Part shown: positions 16,354 through 24,690 of the stretch, piece after piece
How positions within the stretch are numbered: position 1 is the first letter of the stretch
Layout of the letters: each line of letters starts with the position of its first letter
NCBI GenBank assembly: GCA_041674405.1
Contig: JBAYVT010000004.1
Coordinates: 119,611-151,610, forward strand
Origin: Patescibacteria group bacterium
GTDB lineage: Bacteria > Patescibacteriota > UBA1384 > XYA2-FULL-43-10
DNA length: 32,000 nucleotides
Reading direction: 5' to 3'
The notes under the pieces: model-generated
Databases searched by the model: none
What the model was told of the DNA's origin: nothing
Seen by the model: only the letters and a program-made list of their open reading frames with translations
Made by a program: the position numbers and the translations under genes

Positions 16354-18261
16354 ATGGCAAAGGGCAAAGAAAAGAAAAAATTACAAATTAAAATCAATTT
16401 TGATTTTTTAAAGAGTAAATATTTGCGTTATGTGGCACTAGGAATTGCTGCAATTCTTATTTTGCTTTTGATCACATTTGGTATTTATTCAATCTCGTAT
16501 GCGCATAAATCTTACAAGAATATCAAGATCGGGGATATTGCCTTGGGTGGCAAAACTGAGGGAGAAATAAAAGATATTTTACAGACGAATTCAAATCAAT
16601 TTTTGGCAAAAAATATCATTCTTTCTTATCAGGGAGACAATCCAAAAGATTATCAAGTTGCCCCTGCTGATATCGGATTGGCTTATGATGTCGATGGGAG
16701 TATGAAGAGAGTGATGGGGATCGGGCGTGATAGAGGTATTTTCCGTGACTTCTGGGAACAGCTAAAATCCGTATTTTCTGAACAAAATGTGCCAATGCTT
16801 TATAGCGTGAATGATTCAGCCCTTTCGGACAAAATTGCCGCAATTGCAAAAGAAGTTGATATACCGGAAAAAGATTATTCGATTTCGTACCAAGGTGGGG
16901 AATTTGTTCTCTCTACCGAAAGAGCGGAGGGCAAAAGGATCGATCAATTGGGATTGATCAATAATGTCAAATATCAAATTTCAAATGTCAAAAGTAATCC
17001 GATTGCATTCAACGCACAGAAATATGTGCCGCAGGTAGATGAAGTGAAGGCGCAAAAACGGCTTTCTGAGGCGCAGAATATTCTTTCTGGCGGTGATTTG
17101 GTTCTAAATTATAAAGATTTTGAATTTACCTTGGGCGGCGATGATATTGGGAAATTGATTTTATCCAAGACTGATGGAGATGATCTGAAACTATATGTGT
17201 CTTCCGAACAAGCCACGAATCAAATCAAAAACATGGCGACAACTATCAATTCCGAGCCTGTCAATGCACAATTTTCGGTTGTTGGGGGAAGCGTTACAGC
17301 TTTTGCAGTGTCGAAAGACGGATTAAAGTTGGACGAAAACCAGACCAAAGTGGATATCGAAAATGCACTACTTGGCAGGGTTTACAAAGTAGCCGAGGGA
17401 ATTGATACAAAAAAAATCAGCCTGAAAGTTGCTGTCACTAAACCGGCCGTTTCTTCGGATGATGCAGGAAAATATGGCTTAAAAGAATTGGTATCTACCG
17501 GTGTCACAACGTTTACCGGTTCGCCCTCAAATCGAATTCACAATATCAATGTGGGTGCAGCTGCTATCAATGGTGCTCTCTTGGCACCAGGAGAAACTTT
17601 CTCGACCCTAGGACGCTTAGGAAAAATTGATGCATCCACAGGTTATCTTCCGGAATTAGTAATAAAGAACGATAAGACAGTGCCGGATTATGGCGGAGGG
17701 CTGTGCCAGGTTTCAACCACCCTTTTTCGTGCAGCATTGAATTCGGGAATGGAAATAGTCGAGCGGCAGAATCACTCTTATCGCGTATCCTATTACGAAC
17801 CGCCGGTTGGGATGGACGCGACAATTTTTGATCCAGCCCCTGATTTTAAATTCAAAAATAATTACAATTCATACATTCTGATCCAAGCCCAAGTCGTCGG
17901 GACTAAGATTACTTTTCAGTTTTATGGCACAAAAGATTCAAGGATTATCTCAATTGGGACTCCGTCGGTTTACGATGTGATAAGCCCACCTACTCCTCTT
18001 GAGATACCGACAGACACTCTTAAGGTTGGTGAAAAGAAAAAAATCGACTCCGGCCATCCGGGGGCGACAGCGAGCTTTCATTATAAAGTCACCCGTGACG
18101 GAGCGATTTTACAGGAAAAAGATTTTGTATCGAAATATGTTCCTTGGCAGGAAAAATGGCTGGTTGGAACGGTTCAGCCGGAACCTGTCCCTGAGCCCGC
18201 ACCTGAACCCACTCCCGAGCCGGCTACGCCAACGGCTGATCCTGCAACTCCAACAACATAA
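16354..18261 (+). CDS. VanW-family protein with N-terminal membrane anchor and C-terminal G5-like domain plus Pro/Glu/Thr-rich tail
   Basis: The YGGGLCQVSTTLFRAALNSGMEIVERQNHSYRVSYY block is the VanW core. There is a TM helix, YVALGIAAILILLLITFGIY. The C-terminus is PEPVPEPAPEPTPEPATPT. The start is ambiguous: TTG 16294, ATG 16303 or ATG 16354. I list 16354 (MAKGKEKKK..). Confidence 0.8.
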   Translation: MAKGKEKKKLQIKINFDFLKSKYLRYVALGIAAILILLLITFGIYSISYAHKSYKNIKIGDIALGGKTEGEIKDILQTNSNQFLAKNIILSYQGDNPKDYQVAPADIGLAYDVDGSMKRVMGIGRDRGIFRDFWEQLKSVFSEQNVPMLYSVNDSALSDKIAAIAKEVDIPEKDYSISYQGGEFVLSTERAEGKRIDQLGLINNVKYQISNVKSNPIAFNAQKYVPQVDEVKAQKRLSEAQNILSGGDLVLNYKDFEFTLGGDDIGKLILSKTDGDDLKLYVSSEQATNQIKNMATTINSEPVNAQFSVVGGSVTAFAVSKDGLKLDENQTKVDIENALLGRVYKVAEGIDTKKISLKVAVTKPAVSSDDAGKYGLKELVSTGVTTFTGSPSNRIHNINVGAAAINGALLAPGETFSTLGRLGKIDASTGYLPELVIKNDKTVPDYGGGLCQVSTTLFRAALNSGMEIVERQNHSYRVSYYEPPVGMDATIFDPAPDFKFKNNYNSYILIQAQVVGTKITFQFYGTKDSRIISIGTPSVYDVISPPTPLEIPTDTLKVGEKKKIDSGHPGATASFHYKVTRDGAILQEKDFVSKYVPWQEKWLVGTVQPEPVPEPAPEPTPEPATPTADPATPTT

Positions 18262-18279
18262 ACTATATTTGTGCTCTAA

Positions 18280-18807
18280 GACGCAATTTCGGCCCAGGTG
18301 AACACACCGGGCCGAAAGGTTAACCATGCCCGAAACGGGCAGGAGAGATTGGGGGTTACCCGGGAACTCTGCTCGGCAACCGTCACCGACACCATCACCG
18401 ACAACTGGCAACGACACCGAACTCTGAGCAGTAATAGTACAGCGCTCATCAACCACAGAACCATCCGTGGTCGGGGAACGACTCTGACGCCGTGCGCGCT
18501 GACATCGGGTAACCGAAACTGGAATATCTTGACCCCGCCACTCGGCGGAGATTGGCTACGAAAGCCTGGTCGATCGAGGCATCGGTTTCACCCTTCCGGC
18601 GGAAAGCTGAACAAGCGATGCATAGCGCTATCTCCAGGCAGTCGACAGGGGAGCCACCTCCCAGCAAACAGCATACACATGCTACGCGTTTTGCGTTTGT
18701 GGTGGCGCTACGTGGGGAGAATCTCACAGCTAACATACGTACTAGCTGATCGAAACCCCTATAGGCAGTGGTTGCACCCATTTTCCATGCATGCTGCGCC
18801 TCTCTGT
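18280..18807 (-). ncRNA. Candidate large (about 530 nt) structured non-coding RNA of unrecognised class (GC-rich block B)
   Basis: GC-rich stretch between convergent and divergent CDSs. The only ORFs (179 aa plus strand, 124 aa and 115 aa minus strand) have R/C/H-rich, non-protein-like translations and no SD. It contains many local hairpins. At least two helices need G-U pairs that exist only on the minus strand: CGACCAC/GTGGTTG near 18453-18473 and CTCCGCC/GGCGGGG near 18534-18551. It is bracketed by a promoter-like site and a 9-bp GC hairpin. Confidence 0.5.
18287..18317 (-). terminator. GC-rich hairpin at the 3' end of the candidate ncRNA (could also serve the convergent VanW gene)
   Basis: TTTCGGCCC-GGTGtgttCACCt-GGGCCGAAA gives 9 + 4 bp. 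On the minus strand it is followed by TTGCGTCTT, a weak U tract. The flanks are symmetric (T-run and A-run). Confidence 0.5.
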
Positions 18808-18813
18808 ATCTGT

Positions 18814-18842
18814 AAACTATCAAACACAGCTTCCTAAGTCAA
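18814..18842 (-). promoter_or_regulatory. Putative promoter of the candidate ncRNA
   Basis: Minus strand reads TTGACT (18842-18837), a 17-nt spacer, then TAGTTT (18819-18814). The -10 is weak. Confidence 0.35.
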
Positions 18843-18961
18843 GTTTGTGTTGGATGAAAGAAAGTAATCCGTAGTCTGTGACCTGTGAAGTAAAAGAATT
18901 TTTTAAGGACTACGAAGACAGACTACAGACTAATAATTTTAGCTATGCTAAAATAAAATTG

Positions 18962-21628
18962 ATGAAAGAATTTGCCTATCATCAGTGGAGTGGTGCTGAT
19001 ATTAGGCGCCATTTTGGGGTTGATACGAAGGAGGGGCTTTCCTCGAAGGAAGCCTTATTGAGGTTGCAAAAGTACGGGGCAAATTCATTGGAGAAAGAAA
19101 AAGAGAGCTCGGTTTGGGTAATATTGGGCCGCCAATTTACTAATTTTTTTATAATTCTTTTGGTGATTGCTGCGATAATTTCTATCTTAACCGAAGGCAT
19201 GTCCTCGGGGATTATTTTTATTGTCATCATTGTCCTGAATGTTGGCATTGGCTTTTTTCAGGAGCACAAAGCCGAAAGATCATTATCACTGCTTAAAAAA
19301 TCAATCATAAGTGAGGCTAAAGTTATTCGTGATGGCAAAATTGCAACCATTGATTCGGAAAAATTGGTACCGGGCGATGTCGTTGTGGTATCAGAGGGCG
19401 ACAAGGTTCCTGCAGATTTGCGAATAATTGAAGGAAATTCTTTGCGCATGAACGAATCGGCGCTTACTGGTGAAGCAATGCTGATTTCTAAACACCCGGA
19501 AGTTTTGCCACTAGATACGATCTTGGCGGAGCGCCGAAACATGGCATATATGGGAACCTCTGCTGTTGCCGGGAGTGCAATGGGGGTTGTTGTCGGCACG
19601 GGAGAATTGACTGAAATAGGCAAAATTGCGAAATTGATTCAAACCAGCGAAGAAAAAACCCCTCTCGAGAAAAAGATTTTGTTTGTTGGGCAAATTATAT
19701 CCGGCGTAGCGATCGCAATTGCTCTGGCGGTATTTGCACTGGGCCTTATGCAGGGTTGGAATCTTTACGAACTTGTAGCATATGTGATTGCGCTGATCGT
19801 TGCTGCTGTGCCAGAATCATTGCCGACCGTCGTGACATTAACTTTGGCAATCGGCGTTATCAATATGGTGAAAAAGAATGCAATTGTCCGGCGCATGGGA
19901 GTAGTCGAAGCGCTAGGCAGTGTAAATATCATATTGACCGACAAAACGGGAACGATCACAAAAAACAACCTGGTAATTTCCAAATACGGATTTATCAAAA
20001 ATGGAGAAAGTGTCATCTATGATTCCAATTTGCCTCACTCCTCAAGTGATAAAAATCTTCTTTTGTTTGCAATGATTTGTTCGGATGTGAAAGGAAAAAA
20101 GCATGATGAAATGACGGGTGATCCGCTCGAAGTGGCAATTGCCCAAAAGCTTTTGGAAGAAAGCCACGACACGTTTGTGCGATCAAGTAAATTCGAACGA
20201 ATTACCGGCAGCCCTTTCGATTCCGGTAAAAAATACATGATGGTCGACGGCAATCTGGGCGAACAGCGCTATATCGTGATGAAGGGGGCGGTAGAGTCTA
20301 TTATTCCATTTTGCAAATTGGCAGCAGCAGACAAAAAGCTCTTACATGAGATGAATCTTGAAATGTCAGAATCAGGTATGAAAAATATTGCTGTTTGTGC
20401 CAAAAAAATTACCGGCAAGAATCTTGGAACGATGAAGAATCTTGAATTTTTAGGCGTCTTAGCATTTTCAGATGAACCGGTGCCGGAGGTAAAAGGCGCC
20501 TTTGCCGATACAATAAAGGCAGGTATCCGTCCAATTATTTTAACTGGCGATCATCCGAGTACGGCCAAATATATCTCCGAGGCAGTCGGCCTTCCGGCGA
20601 TAGACGACGAGATAATTTCTGGGCTGGAAATTTCGTCAATGTCAGACAAAGAGATTATCGATAGGCTAAAAAAAGTTAAGATATTTGCCCGTTGCACTCC
20701 CTCGGACAAAATTCGAATCGTGGGACTCTTTGAACAAGCTGGCTATACCGTTGCGGTTACTGGGGACGGGGTAAATGATGCTCCGGCCTTAAAGGCCGCC
20801 ACGGTCGGGATCGCAATGGGAATACGTGGCAATGATGTGGCAAAAGAAGCGGCAGATATTGTTCTTTCCGATGATAATTTCAGAACTATCGTCCATGCCA
20901 TAACATATGGCCGGCAGATTTATGACAATGTGAAACACGCACTCACTTTTCTTTTTGCTGGAAATTTTATTGAAATTCTTCTTATTGCGATCGCTTTTCT
21001 TGCTGCCTTACCTGAACCCCTGACAACCATCCAGATTCTTTGGATCAACTTAATAACAGATTCATTGCCGGCTATTGCGCTTTCATTTGAGAAGCCAGGC
21101 AAGAATTTGCTTGCTGAAGGACCGAGAATTGATGATAAAATTGATCTTGCGCGAGCGATGCGGTTTTCATTGTTTGTCGGTATGTTTGGCCTTTGCGTGA
21201 TGTTTCTGCTCTATCTCTCGGGCTTGCACCATTCAATTGCGCATGCGCGTACTTTGGTTTTTGCCTCTGTTGTTCTTTCGCAAATGGCGCTGGTTATGTC
21301 GGTTAGATCGAAGAAGAGGGTCTGGGAGGACTTCCGAGGGTTTTTTGAAAATGCATATTTGAATGCAGCAGTTTTGATCTCGATATTCATACAAATAATC
21401 GCTTTTGTCCCATACACTAGGTCATTCTTCGGCACGGCTCCCCTCGGATTTACGGATTGGCTTTCTGTCATCGCAACAATCATCATAGTGTTTTTCGGCT
21501 CGGAAATTATCCGTCACTATCAAGATCAGCACTATTTAAAATTGAAGCTTAGGAATAAAAAAATCGCGCTTGTCGACGAAAAAACAGGCAAAATGATAGC
21601 CGGGACATCATTAGTTCGTAGTAAGTAG
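18962..21628 (+). CDS. P-type cation-transporting ATPase, type IIA (Ca2+-ATPase-like)
   Basis: Motifs seen: DKTGTITKN (phosphorylation site), TGDGVNDAPALK (hinge), VPESLPTVVTLTLA (M4 PE-x-LP), NLITDSLPAIALSFEKP (M6 N..TD) and an N-terminal EGLSSKEALLRLQKYGANSL cation-ATPase-N domain. The track start is GTG 18878. I prefer ATG 18962 because typical family members begin about 20 aa before the GLS motif. Neither start has a clear SD. Confidence 0.85.
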   Translation: MKEFAYHQWSGADIRRHFGVDTKEGLSSKEALLRLQKYGANSLEKEKESSVWVILGRQFTNFFIILLVIAAIISILTEGMSSGIIFIVIIVLNVGIGFFQEHKAERSLSLLKKSIISEAKVIRDGKIATIDSEKLVPGDVVVVSEGDKVPADLRIIEGNSLRMNESALTGEAMLISKHPEVLPLDTILAERRNMAYMGTSAVAGSAMGVVVGTGELTEIGKIAKLIQTSEEKTPLEKKILFVGQIISGVAIAIALAVFALGLMQGWNLYELVAYVIALIVAAVPESLPTVVTLTLAIGVINMVKKNAIVRRMGVVEALGSVNIILTDKTGTITKNNLVISKYGFIKNGESVIYDSNLPHSSSDKNLLLFAMICSDVKGKKHDEMTGDPLEVAIAQKLLEESHDTFVRSSKFERITGSPFDSGKKYMMVDGNLGEQRYIVMKGAVESIIPFCKLAAADKKLLHEMNLEMSESGMKNIAVCAKKITGKNLGTMKNLEFLGVLAFSDEPVPEVKGAFADTIKAGIRPIILTGDHPSTAKYISEAVGLPAIDDEIISGLEISSMSDKEIIDRLKKVKIFARCTPSDKIRIVGLFEQAGYTVAVTGDGVNDAPALKAATVGIAMGIRGNDVAKEAADIVLSDDNFRTIVHAITYGRQIYDNVKHALTFLFAGNFIEILLIAIAFLAALPEPLTTIQILWINLITDSLPAIALSFEKPGKNLLAEGPRIDDKIDLARAMRFSLFVGMFGLCVMFLLYLSGLHHSIAHARTLVFASVVLSQMALVMSVRSKKRVWEDFRGFFENAYLNAAVLISIFIQIIAFVPYTRSFFGTAPLGFTDWLSVIATIIIVFFGSEIIRHYQDQHYLKLKLRNKKIALVDEKTGKMIAGTSLVRSK

Positions 21629-21635
21629 TTCGTAG

Positions 21636-22073
21636 TCAGCTAATAGTCTTGCGCATTTTAACATGGGGGATGCCGACTTCTTCGAATTCTTTGCCGAATT
21701 GTTCAAAGCCGAACTTTTCGTAGAAGCCTTTGGTATGGGATTGGGAATCAAGCACAATTTCTATAATATTTTTCGATTTGAGATGGTCGAGAGCTTTTTG
21801 CATTATAAGTTTGCCTAGTCCTTGCCCGCGAAGTTTTGATTTGACCGCAAAGCGTTCGATCTTTGCAATATCAGGTTCGATATATCGCAGACGGACGGTA
21901 CCGACCGGATCGCCATCTTGATAGGCTAGCACATGATCTGAATCGCTATCTAAGCCGTCGGCATCTGCCTCATGTTCGATTCCTTGTTCTTCTGTAAAAA
22001 CATCGTATCGTACACTTTGTGCGTCCGCGATGTCTTTATTTCCATCTGCGATTTTTAAAATAGTTTGACCCAT
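21636..22073 (-). CDS. GNAT-family N-acetyltransferase
   Basis: 145 aa. Contains the acetyl-CoA binding motif A, RGQGLGKLIMQKAL. It starts 2 nt after the pyrG stop, so it is probably co-transcribed. Confidence 0.8.
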   Translation of the reverse strand: MGQTILKIADGNKDIADAQSVRYDVFTEEQGIEHEADADGLDSDSDHVLAYQDGDPVGTVRLRYIEPDIAKIERFAVKSKLRGQGLGKLIMQKALDHLKSKNIIEIVLDSQSHTKGFYEKFGFEQFGKEFEEVGIPHVKMRKTIS

Positions 22074-22075
22074 AT

Positions 22076-23671
22076 TTATTTAATAGCTGCTTTTATAAAT
22101 CCATCGAAGAGTGGATGAGGTCTATTCGGGCGGGATTTAAATTCCGGGTGGAATTGCGAGGCGACAAAGAAAGGGTGGTCTTTGTGTTCGATTATTTCAA
22201 CTAATTTGTTGTCCGGTGAGGTGCCAGCGATCAAAAGTCCGGCTTTGGATAAAACCTCGCGATAATCATTGTTGAATTCATATCTGTGGCGATGCCGTTC
22301 AGAGACTTCTTTTTTGCCATAAAGATTAAGCGATTTTGAATCTTCGGAAAGAACACATGGGTAAGCGCCGAGCCGCATCGTACCGCCCTTTTCCGAAATC
22401 TTTTTTTGGTGCTCCATTATGTCGATTACTGGATTTTTTACATTTTTATCAAACTCGGTTGAATTGCAAGCTTTGGTTTTTAAGGCATGCCGGGCGAATT
22501 CGATAACGGCAATTTGCATTCCCAGGCAAAGCCCGAGATACGGAACTTTATTCTCGCGAGCATACTTGGCTGCCATAATTTTACCCTCAATGCCGCGATT
22601 CCCAAACCCGCCGGGAACGACAATTCCATCAGTATTTTTCAAATATTTATCGACCCCATATCTCTCGACTAATTCAGAATCAGTCCACAAAATGTTTAGT
22701 TTCACATGATTTTTATATGCAGCAGATTTTAATGCCTCAGTCACGGAATAATAAGTATCCTTCATGTCCATGTATTTGCCGACCAGGGCGATGTTTACCG
22801 ATTTATTTTTTTTGCTTCGGATATTCTTGTTGAGCTCAATCCAACTTCTGTCGATACGGCGCCCGAGCGGGGTTTTCAATTTTCTGGAAATAACTCGTGC
22901 TACGTTAAATTTTTCCAAAAGAAGTGGTAGTTCATAAACATTGCCCAATGTTTCCAATGGAACAACTGCATCGCGATCAATATTACAAAAAGTAGAAATC
23001 TTATCCAAGCATCTTGCTGGAATGGGGTAGTCTGCGCGGCAGAAAACGATGTCGGGATGAATTCCAAAATTATTTAAGTCGCGAATTGAATTTTGCATCG
23101 GCTTAGTTTTAAGCTCTTCGGTGGTGGCTAACCAAGGAAAAAAGCCGACGTGGCAGTAAAGCGTAGAGTCAATTCCTTTATCGCGGCGCATTTGGCGGAT
23201 TGCCTCGACAAAATGAAGTCCCTCATAATCTCCGACGGTGCCTCCGATTTCAACAATTACAAAATCTGCGTTTGACCTCTTGGCAGCATTATTTATTCTC
23301 TCTTTGATCTCATCAGTAAGATGTGGAATCATCTGAATTGTCTTACCGAGATATTTACCCTGGCGTTCATTTTCGATAATTGCTTGATATATTTGTCCCG
23401 ACATCACTGAGCTTTCGCGGGTCAAATTTTGATCGGTGAAGCGTTCATAATGCCCCAAGTCAAGATCGGTCTCTGCCCCGTCATCGGTTACAAAACATTC
23501 TCCGTGTTCCGCTGGGTTTAGGGTACCAGCGTCAACGTTAAAATATTGATCAAACTTCATCATAAAAACTTTTTTGCCGCGGGCGGTCAAAATATTTCCA
23601 ATCGATGCGGCAGTGATGCCTTTACCCAAACCCGATAACACGCCCCCCGTGACAAAAATGAATTTAGCCAT
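22076..23671 (-). CDS. pyrG: CTP synthase
   Basis: 531 aa. The N-terminus MAKFIFVTGGVLSGLGKGITAAS is the canonical PyrG start. The C-terminal glutaminase domain has GLCLGMQ (catalytic Cys) and HRHRYEFN. Confidence 0.95.
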   Translation of the reverse strand: MAKFIFVTGGVLSGLGKGITAASIGNILTARGKKVFMMKFDQYFNVDAGTLNPAEHGECFVTDDGAETDLDLGHYERFTDQNLTRESSVMSGQIYQAIIENERQGKYLGKTIQMIPHLTDEIKERINNAAKRSNADFVIVEIGGTVGDYEGLHFVEAIRQMRRDKGIDSTLYCHVGFFPWLATTEELKTKPMQNSIRDLNNFGIHPDIVFCRADYPIPARCLDKISTFCNIDRDAVVPLETLGNVYELPLLLEKFNVARVISRKLKTPLGRRIDRSWIELNKNIRSKKNKSVNIALVGKYMDMKDTYYSVTEALKSAAYKNHVKLNILWTDSELVERYGVDKYLKNTDGIVVPGGFGNRGIEGKIMAAKYARENKVPYLGLCLGMQIAVIEFARHALKTKACNSTEFDKNVKNPVIDIMEHQKKISEKGGTMRLGAYPCVLSEDSKSLNLYGKKEVSERHRHRYEFNNDYREVLSKAGLLIAGTSPDNKLVEIIEHKDHPFFVASQFHPEFKSRPNRPHPLFDGFIKAAIK

Positions 23672-23710
23672 GAGAACTCCTCATTTATCAAATAGAACGA
23701 ATACTTAACC

Positions 23711-23750
23711 AAAAAAACTCCTGTCGAGCCGATTAATTGGAGTTTTTTTT
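23711..23750 (-). promoter_or_regulatory. Terminator-like hairpin inside the pyrG 5' leader (possible attenuator)
   Basis: Minus strand reads AAAAAAAACTCC, a 17-nt loop, then GGAGTTTTTTT. It sits about 40 nt upstream of the pyrG SD (GAGGAG) and ATG, and downstream of TTGAAC-19nt-TAAAAT (preceded by TGA, extended -10-like) at about 23775-23805. Confidence 0.45.
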
Positions 23751-23822
23751 ACCACTACTATTTTATTTTATAAAACTATTTTATCATGAAATTACCCCAA
23801 GGGTTCAAAAAATTATTCACAT

Positions 23823-24509
23823 ATGAAAATTATCAAGTCTATGCGAACAAAAAACGAAAAAAGTGTGAAAAAGTATGAACGCCGCGCAAATTATTCTGCT
23901 CAGATTTTTTGTCGAATGCCATATGTTCGCGCGGTCTTCTTGACAGGCTCACTAGCATCCGGGGATGCGAATATCTCTTCCGATATTGATATGTTGGTCG
24001 TCACAAAAATGGGTCGAATTTTTACTGCACGCCTTTTTGTTATACTGGCAGCAACAATCATGGGAATAAAGCGAACAAAAAATCCGGACAAAAATCATGC
24101 TGGTAAGGTTTGCCTAAATTATTTTTTAACAGAGAACTATCTGAAAATCCCACATGGCAGAGGAGAAAAGATCGATAAATATTGCGCCGAAAATTATTCG
24201 CAAGCGAAGTTTTTGGCGGGAGATTATCAAATATTTGAAAAGTTCTTTGAAGTTAATCGAAAACTTTTTAAACAATATCAAATTACAAATATCAAATTAC
24301 AAATAAATTCTAGATCCCAATCGCATTATCCATTTTACAGAACTAGACTGGGGAATTGGTTCGAAGAACAACTTAAGGCCATCCAAATCCGGCGAATTGA
24401 GAGCGATCCCATTACGGCGAAGTATCCACATCTAATAGTTTATAATGACCAAGAACTTCGTTTTCATCCACCAAAATTTTCAAAAAATAATGGCACGGCA
24501 AGGAAATAA
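23823..24509 (+). CDS. Nucleotidyltransferase-domain (Pol-beta superfamily) protein
   Basis: 228 aa. GSLASGDANISSDIDMLVV is the G-S-x(n)-D-x-D minimal NTase signature. Confidence 0.65.
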   Translation: MKIIKSMRTKNEKSVKKYERRANYSAQIFCRMPYVRAVFLTGSLASGDANISSDIDMLVVTKMGRIFTARLFVILAATIMGIKRTKNPDKNHAGKVCLNYFLTENYLKIPHGRGEKIDKYCAENYSQAKFLAGDYQIFEKFFEVNRKLFKQYQITNIKLQINSRSQSHYPFYRTRLGNWFEEQLKAIQIRRIESDPITAKYPHLIVYNDQELRFHPPKFSKNNGTARK

Positions 24510-24531
24510 TTTTGCCTTGGCGAGCATGATA

Positions 24532-24622
24532 TTGACTTAAAAACATCCTGTCATTTATAATAGAGTCGATGGTAGCAACGACGTTTCCCCCTTGCGTTGG
24601 CGCTGCCATCATTTAATTTTTT
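24532..24622 (+). ncRNA. Promoter plus hairpin plus U-tract unit: candidate about 55-nt sRNA, or simply the terminator of the upstream gene
   Basis: TTGACT (24532-24537), an 18-nt spacer, then TATAAT (24556-24561). About 7 nt later an imperfect stem of about 13 bp spans 24568-24610 (GATGGTAGCAACG...CGTTGGCGCTGCCATC) with the loop TTTCCCCCTT. It is followed by ATTTAATTTTTT. Confidence 0.35.
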
Positions 24623-24690
24623 GCGGCTTGATCTGGGCCGCATTTTTTAGTAATATTGGAGTTGAGAGCTGGAGGGTTCCGGCTTTTTTT
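24623..24690 (+). terminator. Two further plus-strand intrinsic-terminator-like hairpins
   Basis: GCGGC-ttgatctgg-GCCGC followed by ATTTTTT (24623-24648). GCTGGA-gggt-TCCGGC followed by TTTTTTT (24668-24690). Confidence 0.5.

Noticed and set aside
18298-18837. 179-aa plus-strand ORF, with 124-aa and 115-aa minus-strand ORFs, spanning GC-rich block B
   Set aside because: The translations are Arg/Cys/His/Trp-rich with no hydrophobic-core periodicity, no SD and no recognisable motif. Long stop-free frames are expected by chance in GC-rich DNA. I treat the block as non-coding.
18280-18842. Known-RNA identities for block B: RNase P RNA, tmRNA, cobalamin riboswitch, M-box, hammerhead, group II intron
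   Set aside because: Only isolated short resemblances exist: AAGGGTGAAA and ATAGGGGTT on the minus strand, ACAGAACC on the plus strand, GGAAAATGGGTGCAACCACTGCC, and TGATGAGC. They are in the wrong order or on the wrong strand. They also lack the obligatory partners: GAGGAAAGTCC for RNase P, a tRNA-like 3' end for tmRNA, GAAA after stem II for hammerhead, and a domain V AGC/GNRA hairpin for group II.
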